Source: Eledone cirrhosa (Eukaryota). From it: DNA of 64,000 nucleotides. Where the stretch lies: NCBI GenBank assembly GCA_964016885.1, contig CAXHJY010001205.1, positions 1-64,000 of the forward strand. Direction: 5' to 3'. Positions 60,635 to 64,000 of this stretch are shown one piece after another; within the stretch, counting starts at the first letter, position 1; the number at the start of each line of letters is the position of its first letter. The notes beneath the pieces were generated by a model, which ran no database searches, had not been told where the DNA came from, and saw nothing but the letters and a program-made list of their open reading frames with translations. The translations under genes were made by a program, and so were the position numbers.

Positions 60635-61552
60635 TGGGAGGGCCCTGTAGAAACAGTAGACAGCTTCTGCTACCTAGGTGACCGAATTAGCAACGGAGGT
60701 GGGTGCTCAGAAAGTACAATAACTAGGGTAAGAACGGGATGGAAGAAGTTTAGGGAACTACTACCACTGCTAGCTGCAAAAGGCTTCTCCCTCAGAATGA
60801 AAGGCAGACTGTATGATGCGTGTATCCGAACAGCGATGTTGCATGGTAGTGAGACCTGGGCGCTGAAGGTGGAAGACTTACGTAGATTAGAGAGAAACGA
60901 AGCCTGCATGCTCCGATGGATGTGTAACAGTAATATACGTGAACGACAAAGCATAAAGGAATTGAGAGAGAGACTGAGCATAAGAGGAATCAAATGCTGC
61001 GTGCAGGAGAGGCGGTTACGCTGGTATGGACATGTGATGCGTATGAAGGATGACAGCTGCATAAAAAGGTGCAGAGCACTAGAAGTTGATGGAAACCGCG
61101 GAGTGGGGAGACCCAAGAGGACTTGGGATGAGGTGATAAAAGCCGACCTTACCCAACTACACCTCTCAAAGTCAATGACACACGACCGTGACTTCTGGCG
61201 TCACGCAGTAATACAGGGTACCCGACCTCCCATGGGTACATGCTGAAGCATATAAACAATATGCCCCCCCCCCCCCCACCGCAAGGTGGTCGTGGAGGTG
61301 CCACGGCAAAAAAGCACCCAGCCCACACTGTAAAGTGGACGTGTAGGCGCCACGAAAAAGCACCCAGCACTCACTGTAAATGAGGTTGGTGTTAGGAAGG
61401 GCATCCAGAGCTGTAGAAATCAAGCCAGATCAGTTCCTGTATGAGCAAGGCATGGTCAGCCGACCAGACACTGCCCACAACAGGACAACCCGTCTAACCA
61501 TGCTAGCGTGGAAGAACGGACCGTAAAATGGTGATGATGATGATGATGATGA
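60635..61552 (+). mobile_element. 5'-truncated RTE-clade LINE: uninterrupted RT C-terminal ORF (to 61246) plus 3' UTR and (GAT)n tail
   Basis: ETVDSFCYLG...GWKKFRELLPLL...MLHGSETW...RRLRWYGHVMRM...GRPKRTW; about 200 aa without a stop. Confidence 0.93.
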
Positions 61553-61555
61553 TTG

Positions 61556-61684
61556 TATTTATTAAAATAACAGATTCAAGTTTACAGATTTAAGCAAAGA
61601 ATTGCTGCTTTCACCCAGAAGATCCCGTTAAGGATGAAAGCAGCAATTCTTTGCTTAAACTTTAATCTGCTATTTTAATAAATA
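61556..61684. repeat. Fold-back cassette with a degenerate hammerhead-like core
   Basis: 25-bp perfect inner inverted repeat (61589-61613 / 61635-61659) around CAGAAGA-tcccgttaaggat-GAAA. Confidence 0.7.
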
Positions 61685-62608
61685 TTCGCTCTACGGTTTC
61701 TTTATATATTTAATGTATATTTATCCTTGTCGAGCCCTCTTTGGATTTTAGTCTTCACATTTATTATTATTACTATATATATATATTAACTTATAAATAT
61801 AAATTAGCAAGAATCGTATTTCAGCTCAGGAATTAACGAAAATCAACGTCCGATATGTGTGGCAAGAGCTCGATGATTCATGTGAATCAGGGCTACAACA
61901 TACGTTAAGGGCCAAACACACTGAGATGATGGTTAAACAGATCATCCGCACAGCCAAAACAAATGACCAAGTAATTCGGGTCAAACAATAAAAATATATC
62001 TGTTGATAATTTACCCGGACCCTGGACTGATGGTAAAATCCAGTATTTGGTTTCTGCGACTCCAAAATCAGGTACTGTCCGCCTACATAAAGAATGTTGG
62101 GCTTCTGGTAAGATGATTGAACAAGGAAGCCGTGTTATCAACGGGTTTTTGCTCCAATTAACTTATATATATATATTCTGTAAAGATTTGAATTATTAAA
62201 TAACGCCAATGAAGTCATTCTTCTCTCTTTTGAAATATACCTCACTGCAACAAGGAATTTCCTTCACTTTCCACTATTTTTTTTTTTTTTCAGTCGATCG
62301 ACTTTCGTCAAATCGGACCGAGGAAACAATGTTTCCATTGGTCTTTCCAATTGCTAATACTATCTATCGGTCGCAACTCCAGGTAGAAGGAGCAACGTGA
62401 AATAAAGTGTCTTGCCCAAGAACACACCGCATCGCCACTTTCCACTATATATATATATATAGTATTAGTACATATTAAAAGTTTATTTATTATAACTATA
62501 TATATGTGTGTGTGCATATATATATATATAAATATATATCAAGTGCAGAAAAATAGACGTTAAATTGTGACGATGTTGATATATATGCATGTGATATATA
62601 TGCATGCA

Positions 62609-62641
<33 letters not shown>

Positions 62642-63218
62642 GAATTATTTGAAGTTTATGTAAAGTGAACTTAGTATTTATGGTGATTCAGACAAGGGAA
62701 TTTGGCACCAAGTCATTTTAGTTCCTTTCACCATTGTTTAATCACCATACATTATAGATTGGAGGTTTTTTAACTTTCAACATGTGTGTGTGTGTGTATA
62801 AGTACACCTGTGTATGTGTATGTATGAGTATGTATGTGTATGTTTGTGGGGGGGGGGGGGTATGTGTTTATGTGTGTGTATGTGTATTTCTGTGTTCAAT
62901 GTTTAAACTTTTCACTTTCATAAATAATTTAATCTAAAAGTATACACACAAATATATATATATACACACACAAATATATATATACATACACACATATTTA
63001 TATGTTTCATACACACACATATTTATATTTTTCATACACACACAAGTATATATATACACACACACATATTTATATGTTTCATACACACATATATATATAC
63101 ACACACACACATATATATACACACCAAATTTATATATATACACACATACACACACACATATGTATATACACATACATATATATATAAATATATATATATA
63201 TAAATATATATATATATA

Positions 63219-63427
63219 TTACTTCAAAATATTAATAAATATAGACATTCATGTGATCAAATATATTTTATTATATATATTTCAGAGGCACTGACACTGT
63301 ATGTCAGGCATCAACTTATTTTATCTGATGAGGACGTACTGTTGAAATAGCTCAGTATCTCTGAAATATGTATAATAAAATATATTTGATCACATGAATG
63401 TCTATATTTATTAATATTTTGAAGTAA
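63219..63427. repeat. Fold-back cassette (arms ~70 bp) containing a hammerhead
   Basis: TTACTTCAAAATATTAAT...TTTCAGAG versus CTCTGAAA...ATTAATATTTTGAAGTAA. Confidence 0.92.
63317..63382 (+). ncRNA. Type-I minimal hammerhead ribozyme (family A)
   Basis: tattttat-CTGATGA-ggacgtactg[ttgaaatagct]cagtatctct-GAAA-tatgta-TA-ataaaata; perfect 8-bp stem I. Confidence 0.88.
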
Positions 63428-63539
63428 TAATAATAACTCCAGAAATCCTTCTTGTGGAGTGCTTCTAATCTATTGTGAAACTTTATTCATTGATTTATTC
63501 ATTGAACCTTGTTTAACCTTTAATTATATATATATATAT

Positions 63540-64000
63540 CATCATCATCATCACCGTTTTACGTCCGTTCTTCCATGCTAGCATGGGTTAGAGGGGTTGT
63601 CCTGTTGTGGGCAGTGTCTGGTCGGCTGACCATGCCTTGCTCATACAGGAACTGATTTTGGCTTGATTTCTACAGCTGGATGCCCTTCCTAACACCAACC
63701 TCATTTACAGTGAGTGCTGGGTGCTTTTTTTCCCTGGCGCCTACACGTCCACTCTACAGTGTGAGCTGGGTGCTTTTTCGTGGCACCTCCACGACCACTT
63801 TACAGTGTGGGCTGGGTGCTTTTTTTGCCGTGGCACCTCCACGACCACTTTACAGTGAGTGCTGGGTGCTTTTTTCCATGGCACCTACACGTCCACTCTA
63901 CAGTGAGTGCTGGGTGCTTTTTTCCCTGGCGCCTACACGTCCACTCTACAGTGTGGGTGGGCTGGGTGCTTTTTTGCCGTGGCACCTCACGACCACTATA
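63540..64000 (-). mobile_element. RTE 3' UTR/tail with an expanded ~41-bp tandem unit (7 or more copies; runs off the window)
   Basis: Reverse complement of the 61290-61552 sequence; repeated ACAGTG..GCTGGGTGCTTTTT..GGC.CCT.CACG. Confidence 0.88.

Overview
Eukaryotic, very AT-rich and repeat-saturated DNA, most likely intronic or intergenic. The SINE/RTE/microsatellite make-up resembles an octopus-like cephalopod genome (inference only). No host gene can be called with confidence: most ORFs are microsatellite translations, and only 1-3 weak candidate exons were seen. The window holds two tRNA-headed SINE families, 3' fragments of RTE-clade LINEs that share a (GAT)n tail with one SINE family, one Penelope-like RT fragment, one R4-like fragment, piggyBac-, hAT- and mariner-type MITEs, and young tandem arrays (45, 52, 60 and 92 bp units). 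The main signal outside the ORF track is about 14 intact or degenerate type-I hammerhead ribozyme motifs (CUGANGA...GAAA...UH) in three structural families. About half sit in short fold-back (palindromic) cassettes, with compensatory base changes between copies. This looks like a Penelope-like or retrozyme-like non-autonomous ribozyme element system. All structures were read by eye; none were folded computationally or searched against databases.
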